From Octopus sinensis (taxonomy: Eukaryota), in the NCBI RefSeq assembly GCF_006345805.1, contig NC_043000.1, positions 43,090,001 to 43,154,000 of the forward strand: DNA of 64,000 nt, read 5' to 3'. The position numbers and the translations under genes were made by a program. Positions 11,991 to 26,540 of the stretch are shown here, one piece after another. Numbering within the stretch: position 1 is the stretch's first letter; every line of letters begins with the position of its first letter. Under the pieces are notes generated by a model. The model saw only the letters and a program-made list of their open reading frames with translations. It searched no databases and had not been told where the DNA came from.

Positions 11991-12699
11991 CTTGACAGCT
12001 ACATAGTTCGAGAACGGAAGTTAAGTTTACAATTTATACAACTTTATTTCTATATGTTATACCTATAAGCAAAAGACCGGTTAATTCTATTCATTTTGTC
12101 AGCTCTGTTGTATGTACATTTACTCTTATTTTGACCATGGCAAAGCTACTCGCTTTAAACGTGTACCATTCAAAATAGACTTCCATTAATAATTAAATAT
12201 AAGATTTTGCTTCCAAGAAGTTGTCATTTCAAAATATTACGAATTGTTGACTAATTTAAATCTGCACTGACAATTTTACATACAAAATATATGAAACATT
12301 GATTATAAAAAATACATTACTTGAACTGTCATTTTCCGAATGACATACAGACTGTTGTTAGTATTCATAATTCAAATCACTGTTTTATATTGCTTATAAT
12401 TATCAGTTCACATAATGGGATAGACAGACCTATTACCTACAGGTTTAATGTAAAGAAGTTTACTTGTACAAAATTTAAATAATATAGTTTTTTTTTCTTT
12501 TGTTGTGTCTCCCCACAAGTTTTTGTTCTCTGTGGCATGGAGAACGTTGAAACAAATACGGCATCCACAACTACCAAGTACCACAAACATCAATACAATA
12601 ACTGCAGTAAACACCGATATTAGCGAACAAAGTGAAAACAGGATTGCAAATATATGCAGAAATAGAGAAGTGTCTCTTTTATGAGAAGTAAAAGACCAC

Positions 12700-13933
12700 C
12701 TCTTTGAGATAAACATTTGCATTTCATAGAGGGACTTTGAAATACAAAAGTTCATCTCACCAAAAGTGGAAATCAGTACACTTGAACACAGCTTGAGATT
12801 CAACAGGAAATTCATAGAAAAACTATAATATACAAATGTGATGGATTGAAACTGAGATGATTTCAAGCGAGCAACTCTGATTCAGCTTAAACCAGTCAGG
12901 GACTTAAGAACCTATGTAGTTTGGGGAAGGTTTGAAACAGTGGAGATAAGAATTCAAACCGGAGAAAAAGTGAAGAACATTTCAATAACAACGCTTAAAA
13001 GTGACAAGCTGCTTCTAATTCAAATAAACTACTATACTACTAATCCGGCCGGAGAGCGGTAGAAATAAAAGTAAGCGAGGTACCACAAAAATAGATACCC
13101 TCTTCCTTGTGGAGTCCGAAATATATGATATCGAAAATGAAACAAGTATTCTGAAATTCCATAAACTTGAGAAAAAAATTTGGTCAGGCACAGAAATGGT
13201 ACTATTAATCCAAAATGATCAAGAACGCATATAAGTGATTCTTGATTTGTTCAGCCTCACAAAATAGTTTTTAGCATTTCGTAATAGTTGAAGCAGAAGA
13301 CCGAGTTGCTATATATGTGAGGACGCAAACATTTAAGAGGTTTCTGTCCATATGACAAACAAAAAAAAAAATTGGAATACCCCTATCTGCAGCTGATGAC
13401 TCCATCATAACAGCAACACCGGTAACAAAAGTAGTAGCATTCCCCCTAACGACAGAAGCAAGAGCAGCAACAACAATACCAGCAATAGCAGTACCAAACA
13501 GAACAACAAAAATCACATTCAACATCAGAAGCAAACACTAATTCCATTACCTGAGAAGAAATATATCCTGCAACACAACACAGAAATGCCCTACTCACAC
13601 CAGTCAACCAAATTTCAAACATAAATACAAACATACTCAATTTTGCAGATATATCTCTTTTCTTACCACAGATTTCTCTTACAGCGAAAACTCATTTTGA
13701 GAAGAAACGAGTTTGAACGACTCGACAGAAATGGATGCTTGTCAAGGGGAAGACAGAAACTAGAATATATTAATACACTACGTCATACAAAAATGAACAG
13801 ATGAGATAAAGCTACACATAATTTGACAATCACACACACCTCCAAAACCTACACAACCACAAACATATCCACCTCTAGAAACACCACAAAACATTACAAA
13901 AGTCACAATAAACGAAAACAACACAATGAACGC

Positions 13934-13970
<37 letters not shown>

Positions 13971-14560
13971 CAGTATTCTCAAACCGAAATACCTCATCAA
14001 TTATAGACTCTAACAAATAGACTGAATGAATTACCAAGAATCATACAAAATGAGCCAAGAAACATATAATAACCTGTAAACAAAATATCCCAAAGGAATA
14101 GAAGATCTCCAAAGGATTATTAATAAAATACTTTATGAAGAACTGCTTGCAGAAGCACCTATTAAGACAAATATCCAGAAGTATGGACTACATTTCCTTC
14201 CACTGAAATAAGGTAAGTGGTCAGTCTCGTCGAACATAGCTATCGCAAGAACAAGTACTGTGATCACACGTGGTCTGTATTTGTCATGGAAGTAGAACCA
14301 CCTGATCACTGACGTCAGACTTCTAGATATAGAAGTGGTGGACATCAGCTAGTGTAGAGTTTTCGATCCGTAAGCTTTTATGCTCATTTTCAGTGGATAC
14401 GAGATCTACTTATCTCCAAGACGACCAGTACCAAAAGGCAGATCTAGTGTATTCTTTCAGAAGGGTTTGAATTTAATGATACGGATCAGCTTCTAGGACT
14501 TAAAGATAAAATATTCTAATGGTGCTACAAGAATTGCTGGACAATACAAACAGAAGAGTT
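12700..14560 (+). pseudogene. Decayed Tx1-like element 'C' (ORF1 remnant and start of ORF2 endonuclease)
   Basis: Manual translation: YVVWGRFETVEIRI (12913), IKVSEVPQKID, KIWSGTEMVLLIQ, RRPSCYIC/HLRGFCP (13300-13350). From 14269: RGLYLSWK*NHLITDVRLLDIEVV..FSGYEIYLSP, matching element B RGLSSKWKQACFLDDLRSHDIHVM..LNGYEKIMSP. Confidence 0.75.
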
Positions 14561-17500
14561 AAAAGAAACCAAATGTTTCGTTCAGAAGTATACGAAGAAA
14601 GTTTATATAGCTAGGTTCGTTCCTTCTGGACTTCTCAGGCATCAATCGTAAGTGTCAGCAGAGCTGGAGAAGAGTACATAAGAGCAGAATGAGGTGAGAG
14701 TCGTAGGTTTCCCAACTTAATCACTCTTTTGTGGCAGGAGGCCTTTATGTGCCCTAAATTCAAATTCTTCCAAAGTTGAGTTTCCGTTTCTCCCTTTTGA
14801 GAAGTATCAATCGTGCACAGTTCGATGTAATCGACGAGACCCTTCCCCCTTCCCCAGAAATTTCAGTCCTTATATCTATATTAGAAAAAATATTTATTTT
14901 TCTTACTTGTGTAATGATGAAATAATTCATAGTACGGTGTCTAACGTCTCTGGTCCACGTTCGGATATTTTAACTCGTCTGTATATCTCTACATGTTCTT
15001 GTAAGACGTTTATCTATTTTGGATATATGAAAGGACATTAATAGCTACGAATAGAACTAAACTGTACTCGTTTGGCCAGCTTAACGAAAAGTAGAAAAAA
15101 TTTAGATAAACTGAATAATGTAATTCGTTCATGTCCAACTCAACCAATTGCATCATATAATAATATTAAGCATAATTATTTGCTCATATATGATTATTTG
15201 AGCACTTTTCTCTCAAGTGGTATTCGTAGTCTAAACATTTAACACATTATTATGCAGAAAATATTTTTAACTATGCTAAATGGTGAGCAACAAATGCAGA
15301 TAACAAAAGAAAAAAGCGGGTAATTTTTTTTTTTTTGTATGAAAATCATTTTTTCTCTGTTGGTTGTAAACACGAAGCCACGTTGAAAGAATAGAGATAT
15401 TTTACAACTTTTTGTCTATGATACTTCATGAGATATAATTGAATGTTTCTGCTGAAAATATATATAAAACACTAAAACCAAAAATCCAAAAACAAAAGAA
15501 GCAAATCGGAAGTGAAAAAAATAGAAGAGAAGCAAAACTTTTGATTAATAGATTGAATAAGACTAGCGAGAAAGAGAATAACTGCAGCGCTATTTTAGTA
15601 CAACGTGTCTCTGAATAAATTTCTTAGCATGCTTTTAATGCAAATGGAAATGGCAACTGTAATACTTTCCATACAGATAATCAAGAGAGCAGGGCGTGAC
15701 TTCCATGACGTTTGTAGTCATGTCCTGCTCATACTGCGGAGAATAGTCTAGTTAGAGATTGAGTCAGTTCATATCTAGTTCAGTTGATATTCTGAGTGTA
15801 GGGTTAGGGCTCAGGAATTTTCTTAACTGCAGGGTTTGATGCAGTTGATGCTCCTGTTGCAATTGCTGGCTCAGTTATTATTACCCTGATTGTTACGAGT
15901 GCGCTTGATGATTGCTTATACGGCAGAGTTTTGGCTTTGCTGATGCTCAAAAAGTAGAGACTCATGTAGTCGATGCTGTGACTCTATACTTTTCATGTGT
16001 TTTTGGGACACAGATATTATAGTTCAGCTGATACCATGACCACAATGATTGGCTCAGTTTAGAGAATGAATCTAATGGTTCCCGATACTACTGGCTCAGC
16101 TGAAACTCATATTGCAGAGATTGGCTTGGCTGACCTCCGACGTAATATTCGCAAAGAAATGTCTTTATTAGCAACGCAGGACGAAGGAACTGGATGCAAA
16201 TGTCAACGAAATAGATGTCGATTATGTCTTGGTTTTAAACTGAGCGCCATGTTAGATCTACCATCTAAGAGGTGCGAGTTCTATGCATGTGATGGTGAAA
16301 TGGAATGTAAAATTCAGCCTAGCTCAAGGTAGCTAGAAAAGAAAGGACTTTATTCATGATTATGATGATGATAGTAATGATGATAGTGATGGTGAAAACG
16401 TGGAAGAGTCAGATGAGACAAAACATCTTTTGCCTTTACTTTTTCACTCTTTAGACAGCAACCATCTTGGTGCACCACCTTGAAGGGTTTTAAGCAAACG
16501 AAGCCATCGATTTGCCAAGTGTTAAAACCTGGCATTTATTCTATCAATGTCTTTACGGGTATGTAAAGAATCCAACACCAGTTGTGAAGTGATGATGGAG
16601 GACAAACATGAACAGAAATACACTCATACATATACACACGCCCATACATATATGCATACATACATATTTACATACATAAATATCCATATCTTCTTTCTCT
16701 TTGTATATATACACACACACACATATATATATGTGTGTGTGTGTTTGTGGGCATACGATGGGTTCTGTCAGTTTTCGTCAACTACGTCCACTCACAGATC
16801 GATTGTTGAGCTAGTAGAAGGCACTTGCTTAAGGCGGAACCATGTAGTTGGGGAGCAAACTTTCCACAATACAGCACCAATTCGTACTACGCCGACACTC
16901 CTAAATAAATAAAATCATTATTTAATCTGCAAACCCCGCCCCCCAAAAAACAAAATAAAAACACAATGAACAAAAAATGACGAACGAATTCACTAAATCT
17001 CTTCTCAGATGTTCTCATGATCCTTTTAAACCGACGCACTATGATATGAATAGGGCTATTGACATGTTACAAATGTTGAACTGTCGTTAAATTGGGGCCC
17101 ACATTAATTGAGTATACCTATGGTGCACTACAAAAATAATCCGTGCTTTGCCTCTACAGAAGAAAACTTTACATACCACTTTCCTTTCTTAAATTACTTA
17201 TTCCCCCCACCTCGCACGTAATTATAGTTTGACATTGATTTTTATTTTGTGAGAACTCCGAAATTGTTGCATATTTTATTTTCCTTTCCTTTTTTTTCTT
17301 CCGCTTTTATTCTATGGGTTTCTAGATTTTTAATGGAAGTCATAATTTATACGACTTGGACGTTATAATCTGATAATTGTCGCTTAGAAAATTGGAACAC
17401 TGAAAACACATTAACATTCAATAGCAAAAATGTTCGCGTATTCACATGAATATACGGAAAAATGAAAGGCGATAATGCACAAGAGTAGTTTGTGTGTGCT

Positions 17501-17711
17501 TCTAATACAAACAGAGGCAGTGAAATATGGTACGTACACGTGCACGCACGCATACAACTAAGCATATGTATCTTAGAAGTTTGCTTTCAGTTTACTATGG
17601 TGCTACACAGACCCTGCAACCACATGTAATCGTTCACCCAACCTTTTGTCGAGTGCATCTTAATAGCTGTTGCAATACAGCATGTCTCTGAATAACATGT
17701 TTCTTTATTTG

Positions 17712-17997
17712 TTCCTTCTCGAGTCACGCCTGGCTCATAAGGGCCGGTTTCCTAGTTTCTTTGGCGTATAGGTTCCCCACCTGGACGGGACGCCGGTGAG
17801 CTGCAAGATGCAGGAAGAATGAATGAGAGAAAGTTGTGGCGAAAGTGTCATCAGAAGTTCGCCATTACCTTCTGCCGGAGCCGCGTGGAGCTTAGGTGTT
17901 TCGCTCATAAACATACATATTGCCCGGTCTGAGATTCGAACCCGCGATGCTCGACCGCGAGTTCACTGCTCTAACCACTAGGCCATGTGCCTCCACT
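17712..17997 (-). mobile_element. tRNA-derived SINE (third family)
   Basis: Head GTGGAGGCACATGGCCTAGTGGTTAGAGC...GGGTTCGAATCTC has A and B boxes, followed by a non-tRNA body; tail related to the 18645 copy. Confidence 0.8.
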
Positions 17998-18169
17998 CTG
18001 AATAACATAGCTTGATTTTAAACAAAGCTTATATAGCGAATCTGTACTACCTAAGTACGAGCATATGCATGTTTAAACGTGTGCTGTAACCTTTTCAAGC
18101 GCGGTTGGTCCCTCACGGTTGTGTGTGCGCGTGATCACCACCGCGGACCTTTTTGGAATTTCTTTTCTA

Positions 18170-18640
18170 CTATAGGCATAAAGCCTGAAATTTTGAGGAA
18201 GAGCCGAGTCGATTATATCCTCCCCAGTACATGACTGGTATTTATTTTATCGGCTCCCGGAAGGATGAAAGGCAAAAATCGACCTCGGCGGAATTTGAAC
18301 TTAGACCGCAAAGGCGGACAGAAAGCCGCTGGGTAAAATACTGAGCGGCATTTCGTCTGACTTTACGTTCTGAGTTCAAATTCTGCCGAGATCGACTTAG
18401 CTTTTCACTCTTTCAGAGTCGAGAAAATAATTACCATTTGAGCTCTGGGGTCGATGTAATCGACTTATTATTATCCCTCGAAATTGTAGGCTTTCTGCCA
18501 ATATTTACTTGGGAGTAATATTTTGTCCGTCTGTACGTTTGGAGTTCAAATTTTTCTGAGGTGTACTCTGCCTTTCATCCTTTCGGAGTCAATAAAATAA
18601 GTACAAGTCAAGTGCTGGAGTCGATGTAATCGACTTACCC
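18170..18640. mobile_element. Cluster of three SINE-B copies: minus 18170-18330, plus 18340-18500, plus 18515-18640
   Basis: Core GGATGAAAGGCAAA/TTTCATCCTTTCGG and GAATTTGAAC/GTTCAAATTC occur in opposite orientations. Confidence 0.8.
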
Positions 18641-18644
18641 CTTC

Positions 18645-18860
18645 CATGGAGGCGCATAATTTAGTGGTTAGGTTGTTGGATTAATGATCGTAAGATTGTA
18701 GTTTCGATTGCTGGACCGGGCGACGCGTTGCTCCAGTCCACTCAGCTGGCAAAGATGAGTAATCCTGCAAAGGAACGGCGTCCCGTCCAAGTGGGAAATA
18801 TATACGCCATGAAACCGGAAAACTGGCCCTTATCAGTCTGTGTGACTCGAAAAGCAGCTT
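18645..18860 (+). mobile_element. Internally deleted tRNA-derived SINE
   Basis: ATGGAGGCGCATAATTTAGTGGTTAGG...GCTCCAGTCCACTCAGCTGGCAAA is shared with 42640-42966; tail GAAAACTGGCCCTTAT..GTGACTCG is shared with 17712. Confidence 0.7.
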
Positions 18861-20011
18861 TACATTTACTTACCCTCCACCCTCGAAACCTGATGGTCTT
18901 ATGTCAAAATTTGAAACTAGTATTTACTTGGTGGTTGTTTGTTTATTGCAATAGATGAAATATTCTTGTTTCGTATTTACTTACTTCATTACTCTATGAA
19001 CTGGAACTCTGTAAGGATCAGCTTTGACGTTAATCTTCCTGAAACCCGCTGAAATAAATACTAGTGAAATATGATTTAATCGACAACTCTGATTACTTTA
19101 ACATTTTCATGTTGAACCTAAAAATTAAGTCAAAAATTTCTTTATGACAGAATGAATTGCTGTATTATTTAGGACCATCCCTTTTAGTAATATTAACTCA
19201 TCAGTGAATACCTTACTTTTCATCTGGAAGCGATCAAAAAGAAAATACCCGAATTAAATTCTTATACGTTCACTCCATTTTTTAAACCTAACAAATAACT
19301 CTTCTGAAAATACGAGCACGGAGTCGCTCCGCTAGTCAGAGAATAGTACAAATCACCATCATGTCATACCACATTTTACAAGAGACAATATTGCTATGTT
19401 TGGAATGCCTTTGATTATAGTTCTGGTCAATCAAAAGTTTCCCAGAACAAAAGAAAATCATAAAGGCAATATCGTACAGAGTCAACTAAATTTTTCATCC
19501 TTCGGGATTGTTAAAATACACTATCTTTCGAGGATGTTCAATGGAATATTACATTAGTGACATGATATATATTTCTTTCATATATATTTGAAAGAAGTAA
19601 ACAATTGATGAATAATAATCACCGTTGCCGTTAAGCAAATGGTAGACAAATTATTTTACAGACAGCTTTCTCGTGAAGGCTAAAATGACTTCAGCATGGT
19701 CAACAAACCTCAAATTCATCAGATTTACAATACTCCTATTAATTGGAGTGACAGATTATACTTCTTCTGTCGTACCATTCTGTGTCACAGAACACTTGGT
19801 TGTTGATGCTTATAGAATCTGGCCCACTCTTGCATTCGGATGGATTTGCGCTTTAGTCCCAAATTAAAGAGAGGAAGAGAGAGAAATATATTTTTTTTAT
19901 ATACTATATATTGATTATATAAGACTTATATATACTATATGATATATACAAATATTATGTAAATTACATGTACAGTACATACATCTTATATATATAAATA
20001 TATAAATATTC

Positions 20012-20240
20012 ATAGGCGTTGGCATGACTGTGTGGCAAGAAGTTTGCTACCTAAACACATGGTTCGAAGTTCAGACCTATTGCATGACACCTTGGGCAAG
20101 TGTCGTCTACTGTAGCCTCGCTACAAATAAAGCCTTGTGAGTGGATTTGTTAGGGAAACAGAAAAAAACCCATCGTATATATATATATGTATGTATGTAT
20201 GTATGTATAAATACTTATGTGCGTGTGTGTCTTTGTGTCT
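20012..20240 (+). mobile_element. Degenerate SINE-A (empty target site, 3' part missing)
   Basis: ATAGGCGTTGGCATGACTGTGTGGCAAGAAGTTTGC...ACACCTTGGGCAAGTG...AAAGCCTTGTGAGTGGATTTG. Confidence 0.75.
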
Positions 20241-22084
20241 GTGTTTGTCCCCACCCCCAATTGATGAACCCAGTTAATACAGTGACAGTTGTTGTGGACT
20301 GAGATTCAATCATGGTGAACGAGCAGAGTAAGGAGGAAGGCTGGTCTATACGTAAGGTTGACCGTGTTATGTGCACGCTTTAAGTAATCTACTTGATATC
20401 GCGGTTAATTTCAGGACCAGAGAGAGACAGTTGCCCTTTCAAAAGTTAACGTTGTCGCGATATTATTTTTGTCTGCATAGATAAAAAAACCGCCATTTAC
20501 GTAGTTTCATCATACGTGAAGACATACCGTAAGGGGTGACACATGAGAGAACGGTCAAACTTTTCGGTGATAAGTTTAGAAAAGCTGCTTGTATTCGGAC
20601 ATTCTCTGGCTTCCAACGTATACGTGGGTATGCATGTATGTATGAATGCTGGGCTCTGTATGCGTGTTTCTTTATATGTGCGTGTATATATATATATGTA
20701 TGTCAATATATCTTTGTACCTCGTGTACATGTGCCTATAGCTATACAAATGTGTATAAGTGTCCATATACTTTATGTCCCTATATATGTTACACATATAT
20801 AATACACACTCTCTCTGTCTCTCACACACACGCACACAAATACATACATGTGTGTTTTGCGTGTGTGACTATTTGATTTTGTGGATATGTAGACGCATTA
20901 ATATTCACATAATTAAGTGCAATTCATTAATAGTTGAAAACAAACAAACGACATATGCTGATATTTTCTATTGTCCTACTTTTTGTCCGTTTCTTTTCTT
21001 TGCAGATTTTGTTCAGATTTAATTTGTAAAAGTTAATGAATATGTATGAGCAGGCTAATGGCAGTAATAACTTTCTTCATGTTAATAGACCAACATAGTA
21101 GTTGATTTTTTTGTTACTGAAAATGTGCTGTGTACAAGCCCAACCACTAGTGATGCACAAACACTTACATGCTTATACACACAGTTATATCTTATGCATT
21201 TCGAAGATATACGCATACTCATTTATTCATCTAGTCACTTATTCGGAAAGAAACACGTTCAACACCACATTCATTCAATCACAAAAATAAACACATGAAC
21301 TTAAAACGCATACACTCGTGCACATATACATACTGATACAGACTGATACGGACACACACACACACATATTAACACTATTACACCCAGCTATATACCTACG
21401 TGTCTATATACGTATACGTATATGTGCGTGCGTGTGTGTGTACGTTGTGTGCATTTATGTATATGTGTATATTTGTGTAAATGTATATATGTGTTTATGT
21501 GTGCTTATGTTTATATGCATATGTGCCTCTATGTCTGTGTGAGTGTACGCGTGTGTGTATTTGTAAGCATGTGTAGGCTTACATATATGCGTGTGTTTAT
21601 ATGTATACGCACACATGTATGCGTGCGTGCAAGCGAGCTTCTGAGCGTGCGTGTGTGTGTGTGAGTGTGTATGTGTGTGTGAGTGTGTATGTGTGTGTGC
21701 GCGTATGTGGGTGTGGGTGTGTGCGCGCGCGTGACAATAAATTCACATGTTTTCATCAAATTTCAGTATATACTCACGCGCATGCGGCCTTTTGTTTTTA
21801 GAGATGAATTGTTAACATCATAAAGAAATGTCGACTTGATACCTTCATATTATCATTAGTTTTTTTTTCTTTTCCGATTTCCTTTTTACTTTCCGCTTTA
21901 TTGTTTACATAAAAAAAATCTATTCTACGGCATTATCCTGTATTTTATGAAGCACTTTCTAGACCTAGTTCACAGGAAGTTAATTTATAAATAAGAAAAA
22001 ATAAATAAATAGCTGCATAAAGAAATATAAAGTAGCAAAGATGTGGTAAAAAAAAAAGTTACGCGGGAAAAGAATACAACAGAA

Positions 22085-22121
22085 ATATATGTATATATGC
22101 ATATATGTATACATATGTATA

Positions 22122-22169
<48 letters not shown>

Positions 22170-22174
22170 ATATA

Positions 22175-22206
<32 letters not shown>

Positions 22207-22250
22207 ACATATGTATATATATATATTTATATATATATATTATATATATA

Positions 22251-22292
<42 letters not shown>

Positions 22293-22958
22293 ACATATAT
22301 ATATATATGTATATACATATGTATATATATATATATATATTTATATATACACATGCATATATATACACACACGCACACATACAGTAGCCACTACATAACC
22401 ACGCTTTCTATCTCATTCGTTTATTTTTTTAATTCTATGGTATTAGATTATTTGAACTTCAAAGGAGTATAATGAAAGGTAAGAAATTAAAGTACGCTTT
22501 TTTCCACTCCTTCATTATCACGTTATTTTTATTGACTAAATAATTACTGTTGCTTGCCAACTTCAATGAAATGTTAATTCATTTTTCATTTTAAAGATTT
22601 CATTTGGTATAGAAATCTTATTTTAGATACTTTGGTTTTTTTTACCTTTTTTGTTTTAAAGAAGGAATGAAAGTAAGTTATTTCACCACTTATTAGTCCC
22701 ATCAGTTTAGAAATGTTCTATTGTCGTCAGTATGTTTATAACAATGAGAAAACGGAGAAATCTTTGATTTCTTTACAGAATAATGCGTTTGCCAAGTCAT
22801 CTAATAACTTACAGTCACTATCCGAAATATGTAAGTGTACTATACGTCATATACATGCCTGCACACACATACACACACACACACACATACATACATACAC
22901 ATATTTGGGTGTGTGTGAATGTCTGTGCGAGAGAGCGTATTAATATGCATAGATGATA

Positions 22959-23006
<48 letters not shown>

Positions 23007-23150
23007 TATATATATATACATATATTTACAAGCACACATGCATGCGTATAGGTGTATGTATGTTAATATATAGATAAATAAGTATATATTAGGAATAAAT
23101 ATATATATGCACATATATTTATGTATATATATATATATAAATACGTGTGT
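22085..23150. repeat. (TA)n/(TATG)n/(CA)n microsatellite fields
   Basis: Direct reading; source of the YIYIYI ORFs. Confidence 0.9.
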
Positions 23151-23967
23151 AGTGATGTATAACTACGTGATTAAAGCAATCATATGAATACACATTCACG
23201 CACATAATTTATACATACATATACACATACGCACACACATATATGTACACTTATATCAAGAAAGAAAGTGAAAGTACCTAATTAAGAATTCGTAGAAAAC
23301 AACTAATTTAATTGAAGGAAATAAAGAAATGTTTGTTTAAACGTTAAATTAAAGATAAAAAACTAAACTAAATTGCAACTAAATGTTCTGTTTTTTAGTT
23401 ACATCAAACCTGTAGAAGTTATTACATTTGTACATTGAACCTACGTATAACGTCGAATCTCTTCTTACCAAAGAATGGACATTCAATTGTTTATATACTA
23501 ATTGTTTTAGTAAAATAAATGCACGTTTATATTACAAAATACACACAGAAAATATCAGGAAGTAGTTATTTTAAAATCTGTTTTCAATTAAACTCTTTAC
23601 AATTTATTTTCATTGGTGTATACCTAGCGTACAGAATCCAGATAAGTGATGAGTGCTACTATATCGCAGCCAATTTATTGGTCTCACAATGAATGCTTTT
23701 ATATTTTATTTCACATTTCTAGTTATAATGACAGTAATTCTTCTGCTATTCTCAGATGTTATTACCATGACGAATAAAAGAAAACATTAACTGACATCTA
23801 TTTAAATAGATACTTAGTTCTTCAAATAAATATTCATGTGTTCATGTATTGTGTTTTTTGTTGGTGTATTGTTTTACATAAAAGAATAATTAACATCACA
23901 CAAAACATTTTAACTGGAAAACAGTAGACATTGACATTAAAATAATTTCAACAAGATAACAATGATG

Positions 23968-24017
<50 letters not shown>

Positions 24018-26084
24018 GAAATGAATAAAAATAAAAATAAAGAAAACTCTTACTAGAAATCATTAGTAGAACGTTTCGTTTAAGTGAAAACAGTTTACTG
24101 AATTTTCGACAAAATTTTTATAGCTGTTACGTCTTTAGAGGATGTGTCTGAATGGACATTTAAATTACCCTATTACTTCTGTTTAATTGATTAAACAAAT
24201 AATTAATTGTACAGATTTATACTAGAAAGGTTAATAAATTTACACACACTGTGATAGAATGTACTATTCTCCAATGAAACAATACTGAAATTGTTTACAA
24301 GTGGGGCAGAATGTTACACATTATACAATAAAAGCAATCCCAACAGAAGCATACACCTGATTTCAAAAATAGTCCCACGGGAAACAGCAACCGATCTAAA
24401 GATTATTAGTTGTCATGGGTATTTCTTTAAACTGCTCATACTCTGTTGCGTTAATAATACCTCATTACTTTAAGAATACAGCAATTCAATTTGCATCTTC
24501 TTTAGCTTGCGCACAAGTCTGAATAAAGTTATCTGATACTTAACCATTCAATTTCCGGGTTTTCAAGACAAGGTGAAATTTGCCTACTTTTACATACCAA
24601 TATCAACGAAAACATAGGAAATTTTGATAGAAATGTGGCCACCCATTTTGAAGCAGTTTGTAAGACAATCAAAAGACAATTACTAATACCAAAATTCAGG
24701 TTTATGTCAAGTTCAAAAAGGCCATCTTATAGTTGTTACCTCATACGCTAGAAATAGCTGCCTAAATTTTCTCAGATTACGCTCTTCCATCTTAAGAACT
24801 CGAAAACATTGGATAATAGTGTCCTAAATGTACTGAATCTGAAACCAAAGTGGTAAGTGTTCGGTGTGAACGAACAAGGTTAACGTAGGTTTAAACAATA
24901 AGAAGAAATAGATTTTATGTATTCTGCAATTCGAAACGAGCGTGGAATGAGAGTGAAAAAAATAAGATACATATCAAAATTAAGATTATCTGCTAAACTT
25001 AAGTTGTTTTCTCTATTTCAGACTAAAATTCGTGTTACCAAATGGAAAAGCAGTTTCTCAAATATGCAAATTATAGGGATTATAATTAGAGACAGATAAA
25101 ATGTTACTAGAGTGAAATAAAGTGCAAAAATTGATGTTATTCAAGGATAGGCAGAAAGTCAATAACTGAAACCGGTAAAACAAGTAAAATCATGGCTTAG
25201 ATTACGCGATACACGATGCATCTGCTGAATGTTAGGCACCTGTAAGAACAGTCTTTCCAAATTTTCATGAATATTGTAAACTCCGTATATGTAGGAAATC
25301 GCCAGATAATTTATTTATTTATCACTCAAAGGGAAAAGTTGTGGTATATGTTCGCAGCAGTAGATGTTTGAGAAAGAAATCAATCATTCAACACTGTTTG
25401 GTACAAAATTTAACATTTAGCTTAATATATCAGATAATTCGGGAAAATATATCTAAAATAAAATATTTATATTACTAGTAGCAAAGAAAATGGTACACTG
25501 TTACTCGGAAATCAAATAATCAAGACTTTGCTATAAGTATGTAACTGTGATTTGGGTTTGTCGGAACTTCAAAACAAATAACATTCAACGACGAGGAAAC
25601 GGGTGAAGTCCAATGTGGTTACCCGATCTGCAAAAGAAAACAGTGTAATCTCTGTCACGTCAAACCACCACTATGTTTGAAAGAAAGCTATACATTGGTG
25701 GTGCTCCAGCCCGACCGCAGGCACTTAGCCGAAACGAATAACAAAAAATTGAATAATGTAGTCCTTGACATGCAGTTAGCAAGAGAAGAGAGGTGTGATG
25801 GAAATAGGAATGTATATATTCATTCGACTCATATGTACTCATTCAGATGGTGTGGGATTAAAAACAAACAAACACATCTGTTACTTCCCAAGTCGGTAGT
25901 GATGTAGCTCTATAAATTATAATATCTGGGTAAGCAAATGTAGTTCAAATTCATATTAAAACAAAACATAAAGACCAGTGATAAAACCAAGGATAAATGA
26001 TTATAATACTTTTCTTGTTTTTGGTGGATAGTGCTTACATATTTTTGATAACACTGAAAATTGAAAGTAAATAATATGTGTGTA

Positions 26085-26396
26085 TGTATATTTACACACA
26101 AACACACACGCACACATTTAAATGTATATATATATATATATATATATATAAGATAGACATACTACATACATATGAATATATGTATATATGTGTATATATA
26201 TATGACATACTGTATATATAATATACAAGCATATATATCGTTAAGTGTAGATAGATCGATAGATACACACACGCGCACAAAGACACACACACAATGATAC
26301 AAACACATATATGTGTATATATATGTATATATATATATATATGTATATATGAAAATATAAGCATACTACATACATGCATATGAATACCTGTATATA

Positions 26397-26441
<45 letters not shown>

Positions 26442-26540
26442 CTATATACTACATATATAATATATATTCATATGTATATATGTGTGTGTGTGCGCGTGTG
26501 TATGTATATACATATATACATATATATGCATGTCTATCTT
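26085..26540. repeat. Degenerate (TA)n/(TG)n field
   Basis: Direct reading. Confidence 0.9.

Noticed and set aside
12408-12866. 152-aa minus-strand ORF with a hydrophobic, receptor-like stretch
   Set aside because: It lies antisense to the A-rich 5' part of decayed element C; the hydrophobicity follows from T-richness and there are no GPCR motifs.
16066-16332. Cys-rich ORF (CKC..RCRLC..RCEFYAC), vaguely like a piggyBac C-terminal domain
   Set aside because: Cys spacing does not fit well and there is no upstream transposase; a weak ORF1-like reading on the opposite strand was also unconvincing.
17925-17997. tRNA-like sequence (also SINE heads at 42900-42966 and 48279)
   Set aside because: No paired acceptor stem, and it continues into repeated SINE bodies; these are SINE heads, not tRNA genes.
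19673-19867. Possible exon with a signal-peptide-like MTSAWSTNLKFIRFTILLLIGV after TTATTTTACAG
   Set aside because: No good donor, no recognisable product and no partner exons.
25585-25640. Strong minus-strand acceptor TTTTCTTTTGCAG followed by a short frame ending HPFPRR*
   Set aside because: A single splice signal in AT-rich DNA is expected by chance.
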